Shown: positions 25,688 to 38,890, counted from the first letter of the stretch. The stretch: 64,000 nt of DNA from Leucoraja erinacea (GCF_028641065.1 NC_073404.1:30876001-30940000); one strand, 5' to 3'. The notes: generated from the letters alone by a model not told the origin. Translations and numbers: made by a program.

Positions 25688-26915
25688 GTAAGTGTCTTTC
25701 TTTATTAAATCATCAGAATTCAAAAATTCTGAATCAATCTATTGGATGGCATTGTTCTAACACAAGGATCAGAACTCAAATATTTTGGAAACGAAAGTAT
25801 TAGAAGGATGGGATTTCTTACTCTACCTTGTGAGCATTTCCAACTGTGCACTCAGAGTCATAGTCACGAAGCATAGAAACAGACCCTTAGGCCCAACTCG
25901 CCATGCATCCAAGAAACCCCATCTAATCAGGTCCCCATTTGCCCACGTTTGGCCCATATCCCTCTAAACCTTTTCCATCCATGTACCTGTCCAAATGTCT
26001 TTTAAATGCTGTAATTAGGGTTAGGGTTACCTGCCTCAACTATTTCATTTAACAGCTGATTCCACATAACGACCACCCTCTGTTGGAAAAATGTGCCCTG
26101 GGATTCCTATTTCTCCTCTTACCTGAAACCTCTGCCCTATATCTTGATTTCCCAGTCTAGGCAAAAGACTGGATTCACCCTATCTGTTCCCCTCATGATT
26201 TTGTACACCTCTTTAAGATCGCTGCTCAGCCTCCTGAGCAGCAAGGAATAAAGTCCTAGTCTGCCCACCCCTCTGCTCCCCTGGGCCCTACTGTTCACTG
26301 TGCAAGTCCTGCCCTGGTTTAACTTCACAAAAAGCAACAGCTTGTACATCTGAATTAAACATCATTTGTCATTCCTTCGCCCATGTGCCCAGCTAATCAA
26401 GATCCTGCTGTAATTCTTGGTAACCACCTTCACAGTCTACAATACCACTGTTTTAGCCTGATCCCATGTGATTTGCCTTCCCTGTGGTACCTTATCAAAG
26501 ACCTTGCTGTAGTCGATATAGAGTGTATTACTGGCCTTGCCCTCATTCTGGTTACTTCAGAAAAACGCAATCGAATTTGTGAAATATGATCCTCCATGCA
26601 ATAAATTGTGCTGTATCCCAAATTAATCCCTTTCCAAGTACTTGCATATCTTATCTACAGCCTCACCAATAACTTTCCCCCTACCATGAACGCTAGTCTT
26701 ATGGGCCTCTCCCATTTAGGCGATTTTCTTTGGGCGACTACGGGCGACAGTGGCGACAATTTTTGCTGTGGTAGGTTGTCGCCAGGTGTCATAGGTTGTG
26801 GGTAGTCATCAGTGGATTGTCATCTATCCTTGCATTTTTATACCTGCTGATTGTTTGTATATATTTTTTGTCAAAGTGTACAAGTTGCAGTGGCTGATTG
26901 TTGTATTCTCTGCAG

Positions 26916-27044
26916 ATTCGCACGGAACTGGAGATGCAGATGGTCTGTAACTTGAGAGAATTTAAGGAGTACATTGATAATGAGATGGTTGTAATCTTGA
27001 GGCAGATGGACAACCCAACGGAGATATTTGAACATGTCTACCTG
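26916..27044 (+). CDS. SSH2: SSH2 coding exon: IRTELEMQMVCNLREFKEYIDNEMVVILRQMDNPTEIFEHVYL
   Basis: tgcag| and |gtacga; lies within ORF 26898..27143. Confidence 0.96.
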
Positions 27045-27463
27045 GTACGACCCTCCCCGTGTGACGGTAACCTCTCTGCCACCTCGCCATCAAAGATGGC
27101 AGTCTTCTCTAATAGTGTGGAGTTAAGGAGAGACACTGGGTGAGAAAATAAGATGTCTCTTGCTGACATCTAAATAGCATTGGCCATCATCGACCTGTGG
27201 CAGCCTGAGATGAGGGTCTATTGGGAGAGCCAGGTGTCGCAATGTTGAGACACAGGAGACACAAAATGCTGGAGTAACTCAGCGGGCCAGGCAGCATCTC
27301 TGGGGAACATGGAGAAGAGTTAGCCAGTCTTCTAGACATTCTGTCTGAACCGCTGCATTACTCCTGCACTTTTTAATATATTTATGTCGTAAACTTTCCT
27401 TCTGTGATGAGATTATACTCATGATCTGGTAGACCTGAATCTGAACGTTGTCTCTGTTTTCAG

Positions 27464-27510
27464 GGCTCGGAATGGAACGCATCCAATTTAGAAGACTTGC
27501 AGAACAGAGG
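27464..27510 (+). CDS. SSH2: SSH2 coding exon: GSEWNASNLEDLQNRG (dual-specificity phosphatase domain)
   Basis: ttcag| and |gtaagg; conserved GSEWNASN motif. Confidence 0.96.
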
Positions 27511-28123
27511 GTAAGGCTTCTGGAATAAAACATGTTCAATTTGCCACAACCACAGAACCAAATGTCAATGAGCACAACATGTTGGGCATCAGATGTAATA
27601 TGACAGTAATGCTGTGCGCCAGACACCCCGGTTCAATCCTGACCTCCGGTGCTGTCTGTGTGGAGTTTGTACATTCTCCCTGTGACCGTGTGGGTTTTCT
27701 CTGGGTGCTCTGGTCGAGACCTGAAACGTCACCTATGCCTTCGCTCCATAGATGCTGCCTCACTCGCTGAGTTTCTCCAGCATTTTTGTCTACCTTTTGG
27801 TTATGTAACAATCATTTCTTGGCAGAATTCTTTAATCAATAACCACATTAATCTATCCTCCGAGATGATCTTAATTGCTACACCTCCACTTTCCCCCATT
27901 CTTCCAGTGTCCAGTAATGTTTGCTTTTGGTCTTGTTTTGAACCATAACTTTCAAATACCAGTATTTTAACAATGTCAGTCTTGCACAAAATATATTTAA
28001 CTTCATAGTCAAATAAATGATATTTCGTACATGATCCCATGTTCCTGTGAATGGTTGTTACACCTTCTGTATGGCTATGGTGAATCCTTATATTGTAATG
28101 ATATCTTCATTTTTCCCATTTAG

Positions 28124-28270
28124 AATCCGGTACATCTTAAACATTACCCGTGAAATTGATAACTTTTTCCCGGGCATGTTTGAATACCACAATATAAGGG
28201 TGTATGATGAGGAGGTGACAGATCTGCTTGCGTATTGGAATGATACGTACAAGTTCATCACCAGAGCAAG
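28124..28270 (+). CDS. SSH2: SSH2 coding exon: IRYILNITREIDNFFPGMFEYHNIRVYDEEVTDLLAYWNDTYKFITRA
   Basis: tttag| and |gtatgt; includes the general-acid loop (RVYDEE). Confidence 0.97.
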
Positions 28271-28649
28271 GTATGTCATCGGGTAGTAATACATGTGTCA
28301 CCTATTCCTTTTCTCCAGATATGTTGTCTGTCCCGCTGAGTTACTCCAGCTTTTTATGTCTATCTTCGATTTAAACCAGCATCTGCAGTTCCATCTCCTC
28401 TACCGAATAAATGTAAGACATTGTGTGGATGAGGCACCGTTTTTAATCATTCTGAATTTTATATTTTTTTATATTTTGTAATTGCAGTAAGTTTAGCTTC
28501 AAATGATACCTTTCTAATTGTATTTTATTGCACTATCAAAATTTGCATAGGTTGGTCACTGATTTCAGATCATTTTGTTCCAAGTTTGTTTCAAACTAGA
28601 AACTTGGAGATTTCAAAGCAAGCCTCAAGATATTCAGACCAAAAATCAA

Positions 28650-29115
28650 GCATCTTTAATTGTCATATGTAGCAGCAAGGGGACAATTAAATTCCTACTT
28701 GTGCAGCTGTACAGGCCCGTAAACACACACCATTCAAATAAATATACAATAATAATACAATACATAGTGCAAAACCAAAGTCTGTATTGCAAACAAAACA
28801 AAGCTCGCAGCAAATCATAGCTGCTGAGGTAGGGCTGGGGTTGGTGTTGTGCATTGTTCAAGAGTCTGATGGTTGCTTAGAAGAAGCTGTTCTTGAACCT
28901 GGAGGTCACAGTTTTTAGGCTCCTGTACCTTCTTCCTGATGGTAGCAGCGAGATGAGAGCGTGGCCAGGGTGGTGTGGGTCTCTGATGATGCTGGCTGCC
29001 TTTTTGAGGCAGCGCCTCCTGTAGATCCCTTCGATGGTGGGAAGGTCAGTACTGTGATGGACCTTCGATGGTGGGGGGGTCAGCACCTGTGATGAACCGG
29101 GCAGTGTCCACCACT
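28650..29115 (-). mobile_element. Rex1/Babar-like LINE 3' fragment
   Basis: ORF 28877..29143: CLKKAASIIRDPHHPGHALISLLPSGRRYRSLKTVTSRFKNSFF. Confidence 0.8.
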
Positions 29116-29169
29116 CTCTAGTCTCCTTCATTCCATCAATCATGTTAGACAGTAATCCATCAAGGTAAA

Positions 29170-29397
29170 GTATGTAGGAAGGAACTGCAGATGTTGGTTT
29201 ACATTGAAGATAGACACAAAATGCTGGAGTAACTCAGCGGGACAAGCAGCATCTCAGGAGAAAAGGAATGGGTGACGTTTCGAGTCGAGACCCTTCAGCA
29301 GTCTGAAGAAAGGTCTCAAACCAAAACGTCTCCCATTCCCTTCTCTCCAGAGGTGCTGCCTGTCCCGCTGAGTTACTCCAGCATTTTGTGTCTATCT
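29170..29397. mobile_element. Inverted-dimer Penelope-derived element retaining CTGAAGA (29303-29309)
   Basis: Two inverted arms; TSD tcaaggtaaa at 29160-29169 and 29398-29407. Confidence 0.75.
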
Positions 29398-29749
29398 TCA
29401 AGGTAAAAGTGTGGCTGCTTATCCAGTTTTAGGTTTGGGAAGCAGATGAACTGAGTTGGATGATCAGCCATGATCATATTGAATGGCGGTTTAGGCTCAA
29501 AGGGCCGAATGGCCTACTCCTGCACCTATGTTTCTATGCCTAGTTACGTTCAGTGATTTCAAATTCTGATTCTTGTGTGCTCGAGTGTTATTGCAGAAAT
29601 TCTACCTTTTTGTGTTAAGCTATTAATGTTTATAAAAATCTACAAATTGAAAGGTTAGTGTTTTCTTTAGATGCCGGCTTCCTAAGCATAACTACCAGTG
29701 TGACGATAAAATAATTTGATTCTAAATATGTCATCTTTTTACCCGTCAG

Positions 29750-29950
29750 AAATAATGGATCTAAGTGTCTAGTTCACTGCAAGATGGGCATCAGTAGGTC
29801 TGCATCCACAGTGATTGCTTATGCAATGAAAGAGTACGGCTGGAACTTGGACGAAGCTTACACTTATGTGAAGGAGAAGCGAGCAGTTACTAAACCCAAT
29901 AGTGGCTTCATGAGACAACTGGAAGAGTACCAGGGCATCCTGCTGGCTAG
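29750..29950 (+). CDS. SSH2: SSH2 catalytic exon: NNGSKCLVHCKMGISRSASTVIAYAMKEYGW...KPNSGFMRQLEEYQGILLA
   Basis: gtcag| and |gtaggt; intact HCxxGxxRS P-loop at 29775-29801. Confidence 0.97.
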
Positions 29951-31818
29951 GTAGGTGCATCGCTGTGGATTTAGTGTCTGAAGTTGGTTCAATTTATAAT
30001 GTCTGCAATGTCTTGCTTTTCTTTTGTTTTCCTGATTCACAATTTCTCTCTATTTGCCTCTCACAAACTGGATTTGGTGTGATAGAACGGCAGGCAGGGC
30101 TGCCATGTACATCTCCACGCCTTCCACAGATGGTGCTCTAGAGCCGAATGCCGCAGTGCCACCCAAGGTAGAGCCACTGCCGATTTTCCCCCTCTCTCCC
30201 AGTTAGCTGGGCACCTTGTGTCTGCACGGTCCTCAGTCACACAAACCCAGCTCGCCGCCTGTGAATGCCAGCGTCAAACTGAATTGCAATTTGAATCAGG
30301 GTCTCCCATTGTGAGAGACTCTTCCATTTGGGAGTCCCATCTCAAAATGGAAACCCAAGATGACAATCAATTGGCATTATTCTGAGCAAACCACAAACAG
30401 GCAAGTTCCATGAACTCCAGCCTCCCTGTTCTTTGTGACCTGCAGTACTCAATGTGTTCTGTAATCTTGCGCTTTTGTGGAAGGTATTATGCTGTAAAAA
30501 GACGGTGGTGTGGCTTGTGGTTGCTGTAGAACGCCTTCATATAAAACAAACCAGCTTCTTATTCCTTTACCTAAAGATTTACCTGTCATTTCTACTTTCA
30601 ATGTAAAGAGCTGTGCATAGTGGGTGTGAGACGGAGTAGAGATCTGTAGCAGGCATGCATCTAGCAAACAAAGTTGCAGCGAGTTTGCTTGTAGGTTGAT
30701 CAGAGCTTTCATCTGAGTCGTTCTGTGTCCAGACTTGGTGACAGCGGTGTATTGAAAGAATAAAGTAATCTGGAGAGCTGAGTGATCTACTGCAATTTAT
30801 TTTCCTGATTCTTCTTGGATATTCTTGAGCTTTCAACAACGTTGTCACTGTCTGCTGAACAATTGGCTTAGAACTTTGGCCAATTCCAGAAATATCGAAG
30901 CACCCAACTTGCCCTGATACAAAGCACGTTATAATAAAGAGGTTGGTGGAAAGAAACCAAAGCTCGCAGTTCTTTCCATCATTTTGGGGACATTTTGAGT
31001 CGTGCACGACTACTATCTACATCCTATTTTATTTCACTGAATCAGAGTGAATTCTTTCTCAAGATCCGTTTAGTGTAGAGTCCTAGTGTAAAGCGGATTT
31101 GTGTTTTGTATAATCTTGTTTACTGAGCATGTTCCACAGTCTTGAGCAACATAAAGTATAATTTGAAGAAGGGTCTCAACCCGAAATGTCATTTATTCCT
31201 TCTCTCCAGAGATGCTGCCTGGCCCGCTGAGTGACTCCAGCATTTTGTGTCTATCTTCAAAGTATAATTGGATCTTGACTGCCAGGTTATCATGCCTCAC
31301 CCTATCAGAGAGATTCCCTTTGTTCTACTACATCCCTCCTCAACCTCCTCAGCCGCCTGCTACTTAACGTGTCCTCTTTCCTTTTCAGTTCTGATGAAGG
31401 GTCCCAGACCTGAAATGGTCACCATTTTTTTTTCCACAGATGCTGCCTGATCTGCCAAGCATTTTGACCATTTTCTATTAGGTTCTCAACATTATTGCTC
31501 TTTAAACAGTCAGCTATGTTTATGTTATGTTACAGCAGTTCTTCCTGTGGTCTGCATTTTACTAAGTAATATGATCGACATTTATGCTTGTGCATATGGG
31601 ATGAAATTGTATCAATAAATAAAATCAGTAGTACTTCATTATCGCATGTGCCTAGGTACTGTTCTTTTGTGTACACAGTGCAGTAACAATCTGACTCTGC
31701 ACAGACAATCATACTTAAATAAAAGTCTATAGGATGATAGATTACACTGAGTCGGTACACAAGAGTTGTCACGAATCTGCCACTATTTTGTAGCATTCAA
31801 GTTGTTAAAAATGCAGAG

Positions 31819-32076
31819 TTGTAGCTTGGCCACAAAGGCAGGCAGCGGTGGGTCATAGTTGCAGGGTGGACCACAAAGGCAGCCAGCGGTGGGTCGTAGT
31901 TGCAGGGTGGGCCACAAAGGCAGGCAGCCGTGGGTCATAGTTGCAGGGTGGACCACAAAGGCAGCCAGCGGTGGGTCGTAGTTGCAGGGTGGGCCACAAA
32001 GGCAGGCAGCCGTGGGTCATAGTTGCAGGGTGGGCCACAAAGGCAGGCAGCCGTGGGCCATAGTTGCAGGGTGGGC
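31819..32076. repeat. 41-bp G-rich minisatellite (about 6 units)
   Basis: Unit gttgcagggtgggccacaaaggcaggcagccgtgggtcata, with a second variant type. Confidence 0.9.
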
Positions 32077-32369
32077 CTGGTCAGGCAACGTTGCTGCCGT
32101 TCTCCATTGGTGCTGCAAGCCAAGTCCGATCCACACGAGTCCCAGGCTGCCCATTCCACCGATGCCTTGAATTGGCCACGTCCACCACTGTGCTGTGCCC
32201 TCCCCTACATCAAGTGGTCACCAAGGCAATCCAACTGAGTGGGAACAGCGCTGAGAACTATGTCTGTTAAAACTCGGCGTTCCATGCACCCACAGTGAAG
32301 ATGTTTCCCCTCAGGTTACCATTAAAGTTGTCGCTTTTTTCTTTCCCTTAAACCCATGTCGTCAAGATT

Positions 32370-32815
32370 CATGAGAGTTTATTGTCATGGACTGATCAGA
32401 CAATGAAATTCTTGCTTTGCTTCAGCACAACAGAACATAGTAGGCATGAATACAGAACAGATCAGTGTGTCCATATCCCATTATATAAATATATACACAC
32501 ATGAATAAATAAACTGATAAAATGCAAATAAACAGATAATGGGCTATTAATGTTCAGAGTTTTGTCCGAGCCAAGTTTAATAGCCTGATGGCTGTGGGGA
32601 AGTAGCTATTCCTGAACCAGGTCGTTGCAACCTTCAGGCTCTTGTTCCTTCTACCTGAAGGTAGCGGGGAGATGAGTGTGTGGCCAGGATGGTGTGGGTC
32701 CTTGATGATATTGCCAGCCTTTTTGAGGCAGTGACTGGGATTGATCCCCTCGATGGAAGGGAGGTCAGAGCCGATGATGGACTGGGCGGTGTTTACTACT
32801 TTTTGTAGTCTATTC
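32370..32815 (-). mobile_element. Rex1/Babar-like LINE 3' end
   Basis: ORF 32554..33000: RLQKVVNTAQSIIG..DPHHPGH.L..PLPSGRR..FRNSYFPTAIRLLN, plus 3'UTR with AATAAA. Confidence 0.82.
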
Positions 32816-33989
32816 TTGATTCCCCTGCCCGGGGTGGGTAAAGATATGGAGCTGGGCAAAAGCACGGGGGATGACTCGTGTGGGTGTGCAGTGGTGGAGC
32901 AGAGGAAGAAAGTCTGAGATATTTGGAGAAGGGTAATGAAACACAAATTAGCAGACATTAAAAAAAGTTGTAATTTCTGCCTGTGTGTGGTGGACATCAA
33001 TACACCAAGCTACTGTTCTAACTTTATGTTTTTGAAGTCGGGGGTTTAGTTTCTCTAGCTAGTCTGAATTGGGGACACTGTTGATGTGTTTTCATGGTAC
33101 CAGAAGGTATCTTCCAGCACAAAAGTGTTTTAACAACAAATCCTGTGTAAAAGATTGCGTTACAAAACACCAAGATCTCTTCCCTGCTGAGCATTTGAGT
33201 TTGCTTGTCTCCGTCAATTAAATATCATTTCAGATCTCAAAATAGTTCTAATTGTGTAATGGGAAAGATGATGCTGATGCAGCCTGCATTTATTTTGATC
33301 AGCAGGGTTTCCGAACTAACAACCAAGCACTTTGGATTGGGAAATTGCATTCCTCGTTGGCTGGCTTTTTCTCAGCCGCTGTCTCTGGTGGTTCTGGTGG
33401 TGCTTTGGTACAAATAACCAAATATTAAGCAGGTGGACTTGTGATGTCTTACAGCAACATACAGGAGCTTCACGGGTTATCAGTAACCTGACCTACAGAA
33501 ATCCCACCACTCAAATCCATTTTAAAGCATTTTTCAAGCTAGCAATGATAAAATGTTTAGTGGTATTCATTAAAGGCTGGTTGCAGAATATATTCCATTA
33601 GTTTAATTCTGAGTGGTTCTAGACCGATAAATTAATGAAGTGAATTGTGTAGAACAATACCACGTTGGTCGTCTGAAGAAGGGTCTCGACATGAAATGCC
33701 ACCCACTCCTTCTCTCCAGAGATGCTGCCTGTCCCGCTGAGTTACTCCAGCACTTTGTGCCTGTCTTCAATTTAAACCAGCATCTGCAGTTCCTTCTTCC
33801 ACCACATTGGTAGTTATGGACGCCATCGAAAGTGAATGTGTGTGACTGGCTGGGAAATAGGCTTGTATAGTTCTCAGGAAGGGAATCCCTGCCTGACCCA
33901 CGCACCACCTGTATTTATGTTGATAGGATAGTGACACTATCGAGAAGATTTTATGTTTTTTTGGGTACTGCTTATGTAGAGACCCTGGT

Positions 33990-34400
33990 TCCCCACAGCA
34001 CCAGAGACCCTGGTTCGTGACCTTGGATGCTGTCTGTGCGGAGTTTGCATGTTCTCCCTGTGACCTCGTGAGTGCTCCGATGTCCACTCTCACCCCAAAC
34101 ACATGCAGGTTTGTAGGTTTAAGAAGGAATTGCAGACGCTGGAAAATCGAAGGTAGACAAAAATGCTGGAGAAACTCAGCGGGTGCAGCAGCATCTATGG
34201 AGCGAAGGAAATAAGCCGAAACGTTGCCTATTTACTTCGCTTCATAGATGCTGCTGCACCCGCTGAGTTTCTCCAGCATTTTTGTCTACCTCAGGTTTGT
34301 AGGTTAATAGGCCTCTCGAAATTACCCCTAGTGTGTAGGGAGTGGATGAGAAAGTGGGAGAATATCGAACTAATATGAACAGGTGATCGAATGTTCGACA
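33990..34400 (+). mobile_element. HE1-type SINE with a hairpin element inserted at 34120-34291
   Basis: SINE sequence caggtttgtaggtt is duplicated at 34106-34119 and 34292-34305 around the hairpin. Confidence 0.85.
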
Positions 34401-35186
34401 TGGATGTTTTCAAGAGAGAGTTAGATTTATCTCTTGGGGCTAACGGAATCCAGGGATATGGGGAGAAAGCAGGAACAGGGTACTGATTTTGGATGATCAG
34501 CCATGATCATATTGAATGGCAGTGCTGGCACGAAGGGCCGAATAGCCTACTCCTGCACCTATTTTCTATGGACTAGGTGGGACAAAGGGCCTGTTTCCAT
34601 TATGTATCAATCCAAAAAAATATCAATCTGCAATTTTCGGTGGTCGACAAAAATGCTGGAGAAACTCAGCGGGCGAGGCATCATCTATGGAGCGTAGGAA
34701 ATAGGTGACGTTTCATCACCCATTTCCTTCGCTCCATAGATGCTACCTCACCTGCTGAGTTTCTCCAGCATTTTTGTCCATCTTCAATTTTCCAGCATCT
34801 GCAGTTCCTTCTTAACCAATCTGCAATTTTAAGTCATTCACTGAATTGTGATCATCACATCTGCCATTTAATGTTGCACATGTTTATATTCTGCTGCATT
34901 GTGTAACTCTGGAGATATTGAGAAAACAACGTGCCCTTCTGCTCACTCCGAACTGTTTGTAATGCAGTGTGACTGAGGTGGAACGTGATATCAGGCTGCT
35001 GGTTACCATGTGCCCATGCTTCTGCTTGTCCTTGTGTACACGTGTCCTCTTCTACAGCACCACTGTTGCTGAGGTGCATGCATCACGAGGTTTGAGACCA
35101 GGAAATTAGTGATATCATCCGCTCAAAATAGACAATATCAAATTGTCTCTTCTTCAAAAACAAATAGGAAAAGATAAACACAAAAC

Positions 35187-35700
35187 ACATCTCCGGAGAA
35201 CATGGATAGGTGACGTTTCACAGAGTGCTGGAGTAACTCAGCGGGTCAGGCAGCATCTGTGGAGAACATGGATAGGTGACGTTTCACAGAGTGCTGGAGT
35301 AACTCAGCGGGTCAGGCAGCATCTATGGAGCTAAGGAAATAGCTCCTTTATTTCCAGAAGGATTTCGGCCCGAAAAGTTGCCTATTTCCTTAGCTCCATA
35401 GATGCTGCTGCACCATAACTCAGCGGGTCAGGCAGCATCTGTGGAGAACATGGATAGGTGACGTTTCACAGAGTGCTGGAGTAACTCAGTGGGTCAGGCA
35501 ACATCTGTGGAGAACATGGATAGGTGACGTTTCACAGAGTGCTGGAGTAACTCAGCGGGTCAGGCAGCATATCTGGAGAAATAGGATGCTCTCCCAATCC
35601 ATATTCTCTAGATCAAAATCCATGTTCTCCAGAGGTGCTGCTTGACGTGCTGAGTTACTGCAGCATTTTGTATCTATGGTGTAAACCAACATCTGCAGTT
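35187..35700. repeat. Tandem array of a 66-bp unit derived from the Penelope-type element, with an embedded cassette
   Basis: Unit cagagtgctggagtaactcagcgggtcaggcagcatctgtggagaacatggataggtgacgtttca is repeated. Confidence 0.85.
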
Positions 35701-37449
35701 CCTTTTTATTACATTTTATATAACTAGGAAGATGGTGCAAGGACACAGAGTGCTGGAGTAACTCAGCAGGTCAGGTCTGGAGAACATGGATAGGTGATGG
35801 TTCAGGTCAGGACCCTTCAAGGGTGTCGACCCGTAACATCACCCATTCATGTTCTTCACAGATGCTGCCTGACCCGCTGAGTTACTCCAGCTGCTCGTGT
35901 CCTTTTGTGTATTAATCGGCATCTGTCATTCCTTGTTTCTATGTTGCTCCAATGTTGGAGGTAGTGTGAAAAGGGAAAATGGCTGCAGATGTGTGTACAT
36001 CAGAGGAACCTCATCGGGCAGTGTTGATGCCAGCATTAAAGTTTGGTGCCAGCTCTTTTCCAGGGAGCCAACCTCACCTGCCTCTCTCAGTACTCTTGAA
36101 GTCAGGGGGGGAGAAGAAGAACCATTTGCCTCCTCTGCTCCCAAAATCAATAAACTGCTGCAGATTTCTGCAACCTAGCCTTGCCACATCTTATAAATAT
36201 TCAGACCTCTTTACTTTGTAACTGGAATTAATTACTGAATAATGATTTATTGAAAGGTAGTAGTTTTCAATATTGCAGTTAGCAGGGTCGTCGTGAGTCA
36301 ATGTTGTAGGGGGTGGCATGGTGGCACAGTTATGGAGTTGCTGCCTCACAGCACCAGAGACCCGGGTTTGATCCTGACTACGGGTGCTGCCTGCATGGAG
36401 TTTGTACGTTCTCCCCGTGACCGTGTGGGTTTTCTCCAGTTTCCTCCCACACTCCAAAGACGTGCAGGTTTGTAGGGTGATTGGCTTGGTATAATTGTAA
36501 ATTGTCCCTGGTGTGTGTAGGATAGTGTTGGTGCATGGGGATCGCTGGTCGGCACGGGCTCAGTGAACCAAAGGGCCTGTCCCTGCGATGTATCTCTAAA
36601 GTATAAGTCTGTCGTGTTCTGTTCCAAAGCACTCTTTAGGTCCAATATAACCTATCTACACACTTCTATCTAGAGATACAGCCTTGAGTGAATGATTTGA
36701 ATGCTTTAATTTCTTTGCATCAACTGGTATTCTATAAGAGGGCCAATTAAAAGGTTTTAGTGGACTGATTGCAACCTCCTGATGAGGAATGTTTTTGACC
36801 TATCCTGCTGATTTAATTGTTGATTTCCACTTTTTATGAAAATTAACGAGTTCTAATTCACTTTTACAAAAATGTATGGTATTACGTTTTAACGAACTAA
36901 GATTACTATCTTGTCTTCACCCTCCTCCTCTTTCTGCTAACGGCCAGAGAACTGGCCCATATTTCCTTAATTGCTTCGAGAATATAGGGTGGGGAGCAAG
37001 AGGCAAAAGAGTTTTAGTGCTGCTGTAAATTTAATATTGCATCAAGAGATATTGGTTTTTGTAATTTTATAGTAATTTTGTTTTTACGGACTGATTTGAT
37101 GAGATATTTAGTGTCAAATTGAAACAATTTTTTCCTGTCTCCATGTTAATTTGAGATGAATTGGATTATTGTCTGGTTCTAGGTTATAAAATTGTAGCAA
37201 CAAGCCCTTGAAGAATGTGTACAATCCAGAGCACAACAAGAGGAGTACTGTTGGTGGAATTCTTCAAATATTGAAAAGTTCAAACGCTTCTGTTTTGTCT
37301 GTTGCATTGGACAGGGTTTTCAGGGAAACAGATTCCTGAACAATCACTTTATTTCCATGTGATGTATAACCGCGTTCTGCTCTATGTGGGATAGATATCT
37401 GTGTGTGACGGTGTTTTAACTTTGAACTTTTTGTTCTCCATGAATGTAG

Positions 37450-38293
37450 CAAACAGAGGCACAATAAGCTTTGGCGCTCCCATTCTGACAGCGACCTCTC
37501 TGACCACCGCATCAATAAATCTACCGTCAACTTGAACAGGAGGGACAGCACTTCAACTACTGAGATGTCAACTGACCCACTTGCAGAACATTTATATGAC
37601 CACCAATTCCTGAATGTCCCTAGTGCAGTCTCACCCAGAGTTAATGAGGAAATGAGAGAATTCAATTTCCGTATTAATGCAAAACATGAAAAGCCTACAG
37701 ACTGTAACGCAGATCCCTTGCAGAACCGAGTGTCTTCCGCACCCATGCCAATGGCGGCTGCTTCTAGCAGTACCGCTAATGATGTCAGTTGCACATCTGA
37801 TATAATTCCTCTTCAAAACTGTCACTCTGACAAGCCAGCTTCACCGCAACAGGAACTAACGTCTTCAACTGAGCAGCCCGTGATATTGGCCGCCTTGGGC
37901 AGTGAATTAAAAGGAGAAGATAGTTTAAGCTCCAACTGCATTTCATTGCCATTACCTGAAGCTGCTGCCCCAGTGCAAGATCACACAGCTTCCCCAGAGT
38001 TGCCCCTTCCCGACTCCGCACCCAGCGGAGATGCAGCAATCTGTAGCGGCAATGCCGATCGAATTGACTTCTTCAGTGCCAGAGAAAAATTCATTGAACT
38101 TTCACAGGAGAGTGGGGTGCGAGTCCAGCCGCACGTGAAAACTGACGAACCCGGAGGATGCAAGCCATGTGCCGTGAGAGCGGCTGCTGCCCCAGACACC
38201 CTGCACAAAGAGCAGCACCTTGAGAATGGTCTGGGCCCAATGTCCATGGACAGTCTTCCCCACGCACGAGACAGCGATGGGAAACCTACTGAG
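37450..38293 (+). CDS. SSH2: SSH2 penultimate coding exon: KQRHNKLWRSHSDSDLSD...DRIDFFSAREKFIELSQE...KPTE
   Basis: tgtag| and |gtaaag; SSH2-specific motifs LWRSHSDSDLSD and DRIDFFSAxEKFxELSQE. Confidence 0.93.
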
Positions 38294-38339
38294 GTAAAGC
38301 TCACAAGTAGACACAAGCAATTGCACATGCTAGTTTACA

Positions 38340-38890
38340 AACAAAACACAGAGTGCTGGAGTAACTCAGCGGGTCAGGCAGCATCTGTGGAGAACATGGA
38401 TAGGTGACGTTTCACAGAGTGCTGGAGTAACTCAGTGTGTCAGGCAGCATCTGTGGAGAACATGGATAGGTGACGTTTCACAGAGTGCTGGAGTAACTCA
38501 GCGGGTCAGGCAGCATCTATGGAGAACATGGATAGGTGACGTTTCACAGAGGGCTGGAGTAACTCAGCGGGTAAAGGCAGCATCTACGGAGCTAAGGAAA
38601 TAGGCAACGTTTCGGGCCGAAACCCTTACGGGTTTCGGCCCGAAACGTTGCCTATTTCCAGTAGGATTTCGGCCCGAAAAGTTGCCTATTTCCTTAGCTC
38701 CATAGATGCTGCTGCACCATAACTCAGCGGGTCAGGCAGCATCTGTGGAGAACATGGATAGGTGACGTTTCACAGCAGAACCCTTCTTCAGGAGAAACGT
38801 CACCTGTCCTTCTTGTCCACACCTGCTGCTGAACCCACTGAGTTACTCCAGCACTCTGTGTCTTATTTTGTAAACCAGCATCTGCTGTTG
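38340..38890. repeat. Second 66-bp tandem array with the same embedded hairpin cassette
   Basis: At least four units, starting about 50 bp after the SSH2 donor site at 38293. Confidence 0.85.

Noticed and set aside
30086-30204. Possible alternative terminal exon (RTAGRAAMY...PLSPS*) after the catalytic exon
   Set aside because: Weak acceptor (gtgtgatag), no recognisable homology, and a frame this short is expected by chance.
35187-35570. Regular repeats resembling a CRISPR array
   Set aside because: Units are head-to-tail with no unique spacers, there are no cas genes, and the context is a vertebrate intron.
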